This document shows, piece by piece, positions 24,706 to 37,895 of a stretch of DNA of 64,000 nucleotides. The DNA comes from Eledone cirrhosa (Eukaryota): contig OZ024743.1 of NCBI GenBank assembly GCA_964016885.1, positions 27,714,001-27,778,000 of the forward strand. The letters run 5' to 3'. The notes beneath the pieces were generated by a model. The model ran no database searches and had not been told where the DNA came from. It worked only from the letters and a program-made list of their open reading frames with translations. The position numbers were made by a program, and so were the translations under genes. How positions within the stretch are numbered: position 1 is the stretch's first letter; every line of letters begins with the position of its first letter.

Positions 24706-27700
24706 AGGGAATATACATACGTAAAAATCTATATACTTAGTACATACATGTCATAATCACAAACGCACACACACATATATATACATATATATATGTCTGT
24801 GCGTGTGTGCATGTGTGTATTTGTGTATTCACGCACACACACACATAGACACAACTCACATTTCCGCTGAGCAAGATATATCTTGGTAAGTTGAGATTGC
24901 ATACCATGAATTTTACACCTCTCATATTGAAAATACAAGCTATCTCCCAAAAAGGTATAAAATAATGTGTGAAATTGAGAAAATGTTGCAATAATAACTT
25001 GAAGATTGGTGTGTCCATGTTGAATAAGCTTAGAATCCAGCTGCATAAATAAAGTATACCTACCCTACTGTATTCTAACCTACTTCGATATTTGCGCATA
25101 GATGATAAAATATATATAAATAGTAATAATATAAGGATTAACGTTATGTTCGTCAGATTTTGGACCAAAGAAAACGTTACTCACGATCTAAAGAAAAAAT
25201 AATGTGTTGCATTTATAATACACCATAATTGCCTCAGGCCTCAAAATCGAGAGAATGAAAGAGAACAAAACAGTGAATGATGAGGAAATGAAAATCACAT
25301 TATTCTATGATATGAATTTTTCATTATAAACAAACAACTGCAGTACAAACGTGAGAATTTATAAAAGCACCACAGATATTTCTAATTAAAACTTCAATCT
25401 ATAAGCTTTTCACAGACTTCAATAAATTATAGCTGCCTTTAGTGCAGTTAGTTTTAATATCATAGGACTGGTTCCTGGTAAAGAGCGCAATGTATAGCAT
25501 TCAAACGTCTAAACTTAGAAATACAACAGCATATTTATAACAGATTTTAGTTTATATTTTGCAAAATGTATAGAAATTAGAAACATGGTATATAAAGGTA
25601 ATCTAAAAACTCAGAAATTAGTACAATGTGTTTTTTAACCTTTGGCAAGCCTTTGGATGCTTCAAGTGAAATGAACATGACAAAGAATAGAGAAAATATA
25701 GTGAAGTTAGAAATGTTTTGCATTTGGAAAGTTGAAGCATATTTCTAGTCTGTACAGTATTTGAAGAAACTCAATGTGAAATTGTAAGCGTGTATCATCT
25801 ATCTAATATGATATCACATTTATCCAATATAGTTTAATTATTCACATTAGTAACCAATAAGTAATAGTACTTCGTTATGCTTATTGTTAATTTCTCATGA
25901 GGCAATTACAATGGTAATAATAGTGGAATATGGACTAAATGATTTATAGTATTTCATTTTACTCTCAGCTATTCTCGGAGTTTGGATTCAAACATGATTT
26001 CTATTCTCCCAAATCGTAATTACAATATTTATCAGATAAAAAAAGTGTAAATCGAACCTCCGTCAGTTCCGATGAAAATGATTACACTTACGAGGACACA
26101 GTTTTCTCCTACTTAATTTCATTCACAAGTCTTTGGTTGAACTAAGGCTAGAGTAAAAATCACTTGGCTAAAATGCCACGCTGTAGGATTGGATTTCAGA
26201 CCTTACTATTTCAAACAAAACTTATTCTCGACTCGGTCAAGGCATCATAAACGTACTTTCAACAGATTAGATTTTCATCAAGAACGGATATTTTAATAAA
26301 CATTTGATGCTAACCATATATTCACTGAATTCATTTTGCAAGGCCAGTAGACTGGCAGATTCGGTACAAAGATGGATAATAACCTTCAGATATGTAATGC
26401 CTTCCCTTTATATTCTGCATTCAAATCTCACTAATATCATATTTGCTTTGTATCGACCCGTAATCGATAAAATAAGTACCTGTTTCATACTTAGGATTTC
26501 AATTTCATCGACTATACAAAGTTTGTCTTTTACATTTTTCAGAAATCGAGATTAATCCTTGTGTAATGACACATTTCAGATGAATATTTGCAATTCTTGT
26601 CAAGATTAAGGAGGTTCACGAATTAATAGGATACCAGACAAACAGTCATTCATATCATTACATATGTGTTACTTTCTACTGTGGCTAATAGATAATACAC
26701 AGGCCCCATTACATCTACGCCCAGCGGTGTACCATGGCGTTGTATAAATTCCCCGCCATCGCCCTATAGAACCTATGCGTGTTTTGATGGCTTGGGGCGT
26801 TGGGTTCAATTATGCCCATTTAAAATGTCATATATGATAAACTCGTATCTTATATGAGATTCATCTTATATGAGATTCATTTCGCATCCAGTTTAATCCA
26901 AAATACTATTCGGTCAAGTCTATCTTAAAACACGGGTTGGCAATTGAAGTATTTAGATTAAATATGATCGATTTCTGTCAACAACGCTAAAGGTCTGAAG
27001 TTGCTGAGTATGAAATGTTTTGTCTACTTCGAAACTGACATTTAAAGCTAGTTGATATATTGACACATTTCTAAGGGTCAGCTCCAACAGCTGAGACAAG
27101 TTATGCCAAGCTGTGACACGTTGATGTAGAATAGACATAAACAACTTTCTCAATGCCATAAAAAAAATGTTATAAGTATCAGAATATATGAAGTTGTTAA
27201 CTAGCTTGGGTTTAGGGTCTAAAATGAAAAGATTTCTCGCGAACAAACACAGTGAATGATTATTATACTAGATTTTAAAATCTATAGTAGTCAAAGGTTT
27301 CCTTTTACAACAAGAATATCTCGCAATTTGTTTGTGGTTCCAGTGCTTTTACATACATAAGGGAATTTTTAATTCCCTATATATGATAAGTATTAAAACC
27401 TGTTATACTGATATAAACCGAAACCAGAGGAAGTGTTTTATTATCATTAGAAGCAAACCTTGAGTGGGGTATTTTATCACTTAGCATTTTCTAAACAAAA
27501 GTAGTAAATATAAATGCATCAACAAAGTGCTCAGCGTAATAAAAACAATATCACTTCCCATGCATTTCCAATGCTTTATCAGGGTCTCACCGTTAAAAAA
27601 AAAGGTTTATACTGAGTTATGTTTCCACTATCTTCTAGATAATGTTAACTCGGATATGCAGTGTTGCGTTTCTTGAACTAATAAAAGTTACATGATATCA

Positions 27701-28120
27701 GACTTTGAAAGTTATTTTAGCCGAATAGAGCTACAGAATATAATTTGAATAAAAGAGATTGTGAGGTGCTTAAATTGTAGATGATATGAATGATTTTATT
27801 CAAATGCTGGTTATGTTACATCTCCATGTAGGATATTGATTTCTAATTTAAGCATAATGCCAGCAAATGTTGGCGAGTAGTAACGTTGATAAATCAACTC
27901 AAGAAATAATTAACAGGTACTTTATTTTATCGACACTAAAATGACAAAGTCTAGGTTGACATTGGCAGGATTTATACTCAGAACAAATACAAATATCGTA
28001 ATTTTATCTGACGCTCTTCCAACCCTGCCAATCCACCATCCATGTTTCTGTGGAAGTTATTATCTACGTATTGAAACACTACACATCAAATGCAATCAAG
28101 ATGTTGCAGAAACAATATAT

Positions 28121-28298
28121 AATTATTTCTACTTTTGGCAGCAATTACCCAGTACATTACTGGTACTTTATTTTATCGACCCCGTAAGGATGAAAGGCAA
28201 AGTTAACCTCGGCGAGATTTGAACTCAGACCGTAAAGGGACGTAACTATACTGGAAAGCATGGCGTCAGACTCTCTACCGATACTGCCAATCCACCGC
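28121..28298 (-). mobile_element. Same SINE family
   Basis: Same core and B box. A degenerate neighbour lies at about 27840-28035. Confidence 0.8.
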
Positions 28299-29132
28299 AA
28301 TATATAATGTTTAATGTTAGATGTAATGTAGGGATACATATAGATATAGATATATAATATACTTATGTTGTCGAAAACATACATATTTTTTAACACAAGG
28401 AAGTTGATAGAATATTACCATTCGAACTTCCACCAAACGTGAGCATAACAAGTCTAAATATAGTTGTTTATGACAGAAAAGAAAAATACAAATCAGAGAT
28501 GATCTTCCTAGCAGTGATGATGGTATCTCTCCAAATTAGACAAAATGAAATTATGGACAACTGCTTCCAAACACACTACTTCTCTACCTACACCGTAAAT
28601 TTACAGATTTACACATAATTATACGTCCTCTTGGCTATGTTAGTATATATGTAAGAGACAATCTTTACAGCCCAAAAGGGGATCAGTTAACAAATACCAA
28701 TATATTTCTTTTCACTGTTAGTATGTAAATTTCAGCGATACACCTATATTTCTTTGTTAAAAAACAGCTCCTTATTTATAGCATAGGATAAAAAAACAAA
28801 AGCAATATTGTATACATATTCCAATACAAGAGAATGAAGGAAGAAGGAAACAATTGTTGAGTATGCTTTACTGGTACAGTCTTCCTTCCTGGTTATATCC
28901 AAATATTTTCAGTCAAAATTATTTAACACGTTTCTGAAGATGAGCTCTTTTGATAAAGATATTCGTTTCTTTCAAACTACGGTGAGTTATTGCTAAACAT
29001 AGAATTAATCCGAAAACTTTAAAAACAAATCAATGAAATAACAAGAAAAAAGTGACTAGGAGTACAAAGCAATTCATTATATATGATGGTTCTTTGATGT
29101 CATTTTACGGAGCATAACTTTTTTAAAATCAA

Positions 29133-29355
29133 AATATTGGTTTCTGACTTAGGAACGAGGCGAACAATTTTGGGGGAGGGGAAAGTCGATTAAATCGACT
29201 ACAGTTCATTACTGGTACTTTATTTTATCGACCCCGTAAGGATGAACAGCAAAGCTAACCTCAGCGGGATTTGAACTCAGATCGTAAAGGAGCGTAACCC
29301 TATACCACAAAGCATGCTGCCCTGCGCTCTAGCGATACTCCCAATCCATTGCCCT
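29133..29355 (-). mobile_element. tRNA-derived SINE with a conserved central domain (Meta/MESC-like), full length
   Basis: B box gagttcaaatcc and core tttgc.tttcatccttacggggtcgataaaataaagtacc. TSD-like ttttaa..caaaatattg on both sides. Confidence 0.8.
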
Positions 29356-30218
29356 TTTAACCAAAATATTGAAGCCATAACATTAGTTTCCTCTCAGACG
29401 TTTGGAATGTAGAATCGCCGTATAATTTCTAAGGTTTTGTCAAAAAAATTTATATTGTCATATTTACATTGTGACCTTTGTTTACCGTACACCCTATGAT
29501 GTGGGATTCTGCCACGTAGGTTGCTGATATTGTTTTCTATATTCTTTATTCATCTAGGGGGATTATTCTTGGTGATCTCATTACTACATACTTTGCGGGT
29601 ATTTTCTACGTGGTTTTAATTCTGAGGTAATAGAAACTGTATACAGACAGACATTGATTTTCCAATAACTTTTATCACATAAAATCGTATTTTCTCTATG
29701 AATGTCGTCAATAGCTGTAAACATCAGTGTGCTGGTTTGGGGGAAAGCACATTAAAACACGGATGGTGCGAAACTTTAGAAACATTCTTCTGAAACCCGG
29801 GTTATAAATTGTTTTTAAGCTGTATATGTTCTGCAGCCATCACTTTCGGTTTGGTTTTATAATTTTTCTTTCTTGGAGGTGGCGGGGATCACTTCATACT
29901 TTCTGCAAAAACTTACAATAAGTCAACTGGAATAGTATCAACAATTTAAGACAACATTCAAAGTTTACTTAAGATTTTTGTTGCTATTCTGCAGGTTACA
30001 TAGATACATGCATACATATAAAATTCTAAAGTAGATTTTCTAGTCCGGCCTTCTTTTATTGTTTTAATGAATACTTTACTCTGTTCCTGCACCAGCCCTG
30101 GATACCACATTCACGGTGCATAGTTTGCATGATGTTGAGGACTTTAATTAATTTGTTGAATCATCGTTCACCAGCCCGAATACCAGTTCTACCCATTGGT
30201 AAACAGCCTAACATAAAT

Positions 30219-30294
<76 letters not shown>

Positions 30295-30485
30295 TATGCA
30301 TGCGTGTGTGTGTGTGTGTGCATGTGTGTGTGTGTGTGTGTGTGTGAATACTCATGTTTCCATTTCTTAGAGGGTTCTAAAAACCACTATCAGGCTAAAT
30401 TTCCTTTAGTCAAAAATACGGTGAACGCTTCTATTTCTCTTATACATACACACTACACACACGCACATATATATATATATATATA

Positions 30486-30948
30486 CAGGGGTTGGACAAA
30501 ATAATGGAAACACCTTAAAATTTCAAACAAATTTATTTTAATATGGGGTTAGGACCGGCTTTGTGCAGCTCCCGGTGAACAGTTTTTGTGGAAACTGGGT
30601 TCCGAGGTGGTTATTAAGCTCTGCAGTAATTTTGGGAGCTGTACTTTTGTGATCCTTTCTAACAATTCACGTAAGAGTCCGACGGTCCCTATCTGAAAGT
30701 TTTGGTTTTCTTCCGGAGTTTTGTTTCGACGAGGAGGTTTTTCCCTATTTCTCAAAGGCTGACATTACTTTCGAGACAGTACCTCCTGATACACAAAAGA
30801 TGTCGGCTGTTTTCGTTACGCTGGCGCCTGCCATACGAGCACCAACAATTTGAACTCTTTGAAAGTCCGATAGATCTGTCATTTTTATGAATTTTAATTA
30901 CCTTTTTCTGATGATATCTGAAAAGAAAACGAAAGAACTTTGATAGAC

Positions 30949-30950
<2 letters not shown>
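30486..30950 (-). mobile_element. Tc1-like transposon remnant with one TIR and the N-terminal transposase
   Basis: TA+caggggttggacaaaataatggaaacacc. Minus-strand ATG at 30882 reads MTDLSDFQRVQIVGARMAGASVTKTA..SGRKPKLSDRDRR..HRELHKAG. Confidence 0.85.
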
Positions 30951-31023
<73 letters not shown>

Positions 31024-31089
31024 TGAAATAACAGATTAAAGTTTAAGCAAAGAATCGCTGCTTTCACCCTTAACGGGATCTTCTGACAG

Positions 31090-31298
<209 letters not shown>

Positions 31299-31477
31299 TT
31301 ATATCTGTATTTTTAACCACTGGTCAATCAATGATAAACATTGATTGCCAAATAAATTAACCTTGGAGATATAAAATATACAGAAGCGAAAACCAACCAA
31401 ACAGTGAGTGTGTTCTGTTGTTATTTCTGGCAATATTATAACAATATGGCCCTCTCCAAGTATAACAATATACATAT

Positions 31478-31519
<42 letters not shown>

Positions 31520-31887
31520 CAAAATAAAGATCCGAAGGCATGGTATAAAATTCCAATCATTTTAATCATGACACATTAAGAGATATATCGATCGTGTAGC
31601 CATGATCGATTATCACTGTCTCGTCAGGTGAAAATGAATTGTCTTCAAATCCTTGATATGTTCACTCACAGAGTTTAGTACCTCATATGAAGATCAAGCA
31701 GTCAAAAGACGGCGACTGCTATCGTCTTCAGTTAGGGTCATAACACTGATACAAATACTCCGTTTTACATCATCTAGCTGTTCCCTTAAATGGAATTGGA
31801 GATATACAAAAGCGCGGAGAACTTAATATTGCTAACAAAAATTGGACCGTATGACACAACCAATAATACACCTTACTATATAACAAC

Positions 31888-32010
<123 letters not shown>

Positions 32011-33072
32011 ATATTGTTTTGTTATATATATATATTCATTTGTTGCATCAGCATCAAAGTCTTCGTATTTATGTAACGTCTCAGGAGAACATCAGTTGGT
32101 TTGAACTAATCGCTTTCCAAATCATCGACCGCATCATACAACAGTAGTTTGAGGAAATAATCGAGATGACTCTACTGAGAATTGATCCAGCATTGCAGAA
32201 ATGGTTTATACGTAACCTTCAGCTGCTGAGAATTGGAATGATATTTATATATAAATGTATACATGTATGTATGTATGTATGTATGTATGTATGTATGTAT
32301 GTACGTATGTATGTGTATATGTATGTGTATATGTATGTGTATATGTATGTGTATATGTATATGTATGTGTATATGTATGTGTATATGTATGTGTATATGT
32401 ATGTATATGTATATATATGTGTATATGTATGTGTATATGTATGTATGTATATACGTACGTATGTATGTACGTACGTATATCTGAATGTATGTATGTATGT
32501 GTGTATATGTGTATGTATCTCTGTGTATGTATGTGTTTGTATGCATTTATGTGTATATAAGTGTTTGGATGGTCTCACCAGCATTAATAAAACTATACAC
32601 CTAAAAATCTCTATAGTTTTACATGCACCTACCATGCTTATGTATAAATATTGATTGCTCATTTTGGCATCAGGCCATAAGTTGTAGGATATGGGAATAG
32701 TTGAATCTTTCGTAATATATCACTGACACGTAATTTAGGAAAACATGCGCCGGAACATGCTACTTGACACCACAACGTATATATTGTTCGATGTACATCT
32801 CTTTCTACCACTCGACTGCTTTCGTTTATTCATAAATACTTCAGAGGTCGTTTAATGACAGAAACGAATGACTGACGCCTTGCAGTGTTTAATTATATTT
32901 CTTCAAGTATTGAGATCAAATCCTTCAAAAATGACATTTTTATTTTCGTTATTTTTCCATGGTTGATTTTACCGAGTTTATACATAGAAATCATAATTTA
33001 GTTGGCAGTTCTCATTTCGAATCATATTGGAGTTGAAATAGCATTTCATTTGGTGAGTTCCATGAATTATAT

Positions 33073-33140
33073 TTCAAGTCGATTAATGGAATCCGTTCAA
33101 GCCGATTAATGGAATCCGTTCAAGTCGATTAATGGAATCC
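33073..33140. repeat. 23 bp tandem repeat, three copies
   Basis: ttcaagYcgattaatggaatcc(g) occurs three times. Confidence 0.9.
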
Positions 33141-33386
33141 TTGACTCACCAAAACAGCCGAGCCGTATACTTATGTATGAAATCAACGGTGATATAAACA
33201 ATGCGTGTGAAGGAAAGGTGTTTTATTAATAAAAGAAATATATTAATAAAGGGTAAAGCATGTACGTGATGAAACAATTGCATACATTTGAATACATACA
33301 TATATGGATATAGAATCCTTCTGGTGAAACACGTGTTCTTAACTATGGTTTGGTAATATGTTGTGGGACAAGCTCTCTCTCACGCT

Positions 33387-33531
<145 letters not shown>

Positions 33532-33558
33532 TATACATATATACATATATATATATAC

Positions 33559-33732
33559 ATAGAAAAGCTTCTACAGGAATAGAACTGTTTCATTCGTGAG
33601 AAATCATCAGCTTCCTGATGATTTCTCACGAATGAAACAGTTCTAGTCCTGTAGAAGCTTTTCTATATTAAATGTTCATATTCTGCTTTGTATTGAGTAC
33701 CTTACTTACTGTGGTTACCCCCGATTGAACCC

Positions 33733-33737
<5 letters not shown>
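33559..33737 (+). repeat. Palindromic HHR insert in (TA)n; HHR at 33611-33657
   Basis: cttc CTGATGA tttctcacgaat GAAA cag ttctagtc ctg TA gaag. 33559-33610 is the inverted copy. A fragment of the same family lies at 49444-49494 (-). Confidence 0.8.
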
Positions 33738-33780
<43 letters not shown>

Positions 33781-34024
33781 GGCGATGAATTAGTTTTGCG
33801 AGGTTTTTTAATATGAGATCGTGTGTCGAAACAAGTATTGTTATACTTCGGGAGGGTCATATTTGTGTAATATTGCCAGAATTAATAACAGAACACACTC
33901 ACTGTTTGGTTGGTTTTCGCTTCTCGCTTCTGTGTCTTTTATATCGGTAATCTAACTACTCGGTCCTCAATGTTGCCATTGACTGACCGACGGTCAAAAA
34001 TAATACAGATACAATATAGACACA

Positions 34025-34086
34025 AACACATATATATAGTTTATCATAAATATTTCGTTGCACATCTGCAACATCGTCAGTGGTGC
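34025..34086 (-). ncRNA. Hammerhead ribozyme in the PLE 3' region; mutated mirror copy at about 36321-36380 on +
   Basis: Minus strand reads cca CTGACGA t gttgca gatg tgcaac GAAA tat...ata TA. Stem II is perfect and stem I is weak. Confidence 0.6.
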
Positions 34087-34285
34087 TATCGTTTCCTCCC
34101 GTTGCATTGTATGTCTACGCCATTTTTATTCAGTCTGTCTATATATTTATTTATTTATTTGCTTGTTTGTTTATTTTATTTTGTCTTCTTTGCGCATGCG
34201 TTTGCGTGTGTGTATAGTGTTTTGTTTGATGTGTGATGGGTGACTAGTGTGTGTTTATGTGCTTGTTGTTATTGTGCTTGTGTAT

Positions 34286-34324
<39 letters not shown>

Positions 34325-34343
34325 TTTTATTTTATTTACTTAT

Positions 34344-35668
34344 TTATACTTCTCTTAGGTCAGTGTTGTTTGTTTGGGTGTTGTTGTTATTCCATTCATT
34401 CTTTCTGTTTAGTCTTGGTCTTCTAATTTCTATTTCACTGGCCTCTCTGATCTGTCTATCTGCTGGGTCATTTCTATGTTTAGATATTATTCTAATTTCT
34501 ATGTTGTTTATGTTACCGTCATGTTGTTGTCTACCATGTTCGTAATGTACTGACCCGTTTTTTCGTCCTTTTAGTTCCCCCCAGTGTTGGTCTATCCTTT
34601 CACCTATGCTACGAGCTGTCTCACCTATGTATGTTGTTGTCATGTTTCTGTACGTACCCTCTGTACATCTTATGCTATAGACTACGTTTCTAGTTTTACA
34701 GTTTATCCGGGGGTTTACCTTACATATGATACATTTCCTATTGGTACAGTGCGTTTTCTTAAAGGGGTAGGTTTTGCTGATCGGGGATTTTATGGTGGTT
34801 CATGGCTTTTCTACCACCTTAATTTTTAAGTGGGTCTTTCCCAGGGCCTTTCTACACTGGTTAGCTAATTTCCCTCCAGGGGTAGCGTCCACAAACATGA
34901 CACTGTGGTATCTCTGGTTGTCGTACCATGAGGTGGCTTTCCCTATCTTATGTCTAGCCCTATCTAAGCTATTCCATGATTTGCTCCTGTATAATGGGCA
35001 AATTCCTTTCATGTCCAGTTCTATGAGGGTCTTATACTTCTCCATGGCTCCTTCGTATACTCTGACTCTGTCTCTTTGGTTGTAGCCAGAGAACTGCATG
35101 CGGTTGATGAAGTGTTGGATGTGTCTTTCCATTTCTGTTGGGTCGCACATGCGGGACACATTCTTCATCACTTGTACCAAATCTGCGATCAGAATATTAA
35201 ACTTAGCACTACTGGACATTGCTGAGTTTTTTAGTATCAGGTATTTGGAGGCCATGGGTTTAGCATAGTGTGAGTGGAGAATTTGGGCTCTCTCGTCTAT
35301 AGTGTTAATCCAGAGTTATGTGTCTAATACAGGTAGTCTATTGTTAGGGTGTTTGGAAGGGAAGTCGATAGTTACAGTTATACTCTGGTGTATGGAATTA
35401 GCTATCTGCTGGATGCTTTCCATTGTGCTACGTTCTAAATCAAACTTGTTAGTGCTCTCTAGTGGGGATGTTCTTATAACTATATTGATATCGTCTACAT
35501 AACGAGAGTACATGATGAGGTCTATGGAGCTCTCATTAAGGAGATCTTTAAGTCTCCTTTCCCACCATACCATGAAAAGGTTGGCAACATCACCAGCTAT
35601 GCTGACGCCAATGGCTGCTCCCTCATTTTGGGTGTAGATCTTCTCGTTGAACTTAAATATGTGGCCCA
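34344..35668 (-). pseudogene. PLE reverse transcriptase and GIY-YIG endonuclease, disrupted
   Basis: FKFNEKIYTQNEGAAIGVSIAGDVANLFM, RYVDD, LPVLD, HYAKPMAS, FSGY, VMFVDATPGG; NVVYSIRC..YIGETARSIGER..H..RQIREA..LNRKNEW. Stops and frameshifts are present. Confidence 0.88.
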
Positions 35669-36074
35669 CTGTACCAATAGGAAATGTATCATATGTAAGG
35701 TAAACCCCCGGATAAACTGTAAAACTAGAAACGTAGTCTATAGCATAAGATGTACAGAGGGTACTTTCAGAAACATGACAACAACATACATAGGTGAGAC
35801 AGCTCGTAGCATAGGTGAAAGGATAGACCAACACTGGGGGGAACTAAAAGGACGAAAAAACGGGTCAGTACATCACGAACATGCTAGGCAACAACATGAC
35901 GGTAACATAGACAACATAGGAATTAGAATAATATCTAAACATAGAAATGACCCAGCAGATAGACAAATCAGAGAGGCCAGTGAAATAGAAATTAGAAGAT
36001 CAAGACTAAACAGAAAGAATGAATGGAATAACAACAACACCCAAACAAACAACACTGACCTAAGAGAAGTATAA
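35667..36074 (+). pseudogene. Duplicated GIY-YIG endonuclease domain in the inverted arm
   Basis: CTNRKCIICKVNPRINCKTRNVVYSIRC..TYIGETARSIGER. Near-identical to the minus-strand copy. Confidence 0.85.
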
Positions 36075-36568
36075 ATAAGTAAATAAAATAAAATAAATAA
36101 ATAAATAAATAAATAAATACATACACAAGCACAATAACAACAAGCACATAAACACACACTAGTCACCCATCACACATCAAACAAAACACTATACACACGC
36201 GCAAACGCATGCGCAAAGAAGACAAAATAAAATAAACAAACAAGCAAATAAATAAATAAATATATAGACAGACTGAATTAAAATGGCGTAGACATACAAT
36301 GCAACGGGAGGAGACGATAGCACCACTGACGTTGTTGCAGATGTGCAACGAAAGATTTATGATAAACTATATATATGTGTTTGTGTCTATATTGTATCTG
36401 TATTATTTTTGACCGTCGGTCAGTCAATGGCAACATTGAGGACCGAGTAAGTTAGATTACCGATATAAAAGACACAGAAGCGAGAAGCGAAAACCAACCA
36501 AACAGTGAGTGTGTTCTGTTATTAATTCTGGCAATATTACACAAATATGACCCTCCCCAAGTATAACA

Positions 36569-36685
<117 letters not shown>

Positions 36686-36696
36686 CATATATATAT

Positions 36697-37438
36697 AAGG
36701 AAAAAGATGAAATCGAAAATGCAACTGGGGTCTTTTTTTAAAAAAGAATATATACTTATTTGGTTCCTTTACCGGTTTCGCAGTTCATCTGCTTTTCAAA
36801 AGTAGATTTGAGATTGTTTGGCACAAAATTCTCTAAATGGCTATAAAAAAATTCCAAAATACGGGCGCAAAATCTAATGTACTTGTTCACGTGACAGACA
36901 TAATTTCATTTATAACCAATCAAATTATATTTATTAAAAAAAGCCTTCGTGAGCCACTTTTTTTTAAGTACAAAGAAATTTAAACACAAACTGGCGCGAA
37001 AGCTGATGTGATTATTCACGTGACTGCATCAACCAATTAAACTTCACTAATATATGAAAAAACAACCTGAGCCCCCATCCCCCTTTTTGTTTGAAGAACT
37101 TTGTAACGCGAACTGGCGCAAAATTTATTATACTTATTCGCCAACCAACCAAATTACTTCTCTAAAAACCTGGCATTTCGAGCCACTTTTTTCCATATAA
37201 AACAGAAGTAACATTCAAAGACCAACCAGATGTGAGAAAAATCACAGACCCTCCATCTCAATTCTACTTTTGAAAAGCAGAAGAACTGCGAAACCGGTAA
37301 AGGAACCAAATAAATATATATTTAAAAAAAAAAGACTCCAGTTGCATTTTCGATTTCATCTTTTCTCCTTATACTTTCACTCGTGTAGGACACCGGTAAT
37401 TTTTCATTTTGTAAAAAAAAAAACGTCACTTTCTAATA
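36697..37438 (+). mobile_element. pLTR-like element with promoter-like repeats, a U3-A8 HHR (37267-37302) and an inverted left arm (36697-36812)
   Basis: ctt TTGAAAA gcag aagaa ctgc GAAA ccgg TA aag. The mirror copy is at 36767-36802. Confidence 0.8.
36850..37230 (+). promoter_or_regulatory. Putative element promoter: three approximately 125 bp subrepeats plus a TATA box
   Basis: GGCGCRAAA at 36864, 36993 and 37115; CACGTG at 36888 and 37017; CCAAT at 36916 and 37033; TATAAAA at 37196-37202. Confidence 0.55.
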
Positions 37439-37504
37439 ACATATATATATATATATACATGGCGGCGAAATGGCAAACGTTTTTGTACGTCGGATAGAAA
37501 GCTT

Positions 37505-37550
<46 letters not shown>

Positions 37551-37659
37551 CGAAGGAAATGTGGTAAGGAACCAGGTGGACCATAACGCACCAAAGTACT
37601 CAATACTTAGGGTAGTAGAGTGGGTAATAGGAACGAGTAGGACCCCAACTACTTGTTCC

Positions 37660-37702
<43 letters not shown>

Positions 37703-37824
37703 AGGAGGTGAGTTTTATTGTAGCACAATAAAGCAATGCAAATATCGGATAAGTAGCACTCCACAGTTTATAGAACTGGAGTAAAAATAATATAAGATCA
37801 AAATATGGTTAAAAGAGTTCCATG

Positions 37825-37895
37825 TATTTTATTATGCGCATTTCAAAAACAAATATCATCCTGGGATGATATTTGCGTTCTCATCAGATAAAATA
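37825..37895 (-). ncRNA. Hammerhead ribozyme, inverted copy in the Naiad left arm
   Basis: Reverse strand reads tattttat ctgatga gaacgcaaatatcatcccaggatgatatttgttttt gaaa tgcgca ta ataaaata. Confidence 0.85.

Noticed and set aside
35628-35834. Starts of ORFs 35628+ and 35834-
   Set aside because: They are chimeric across the inversion junction and are not real starts.
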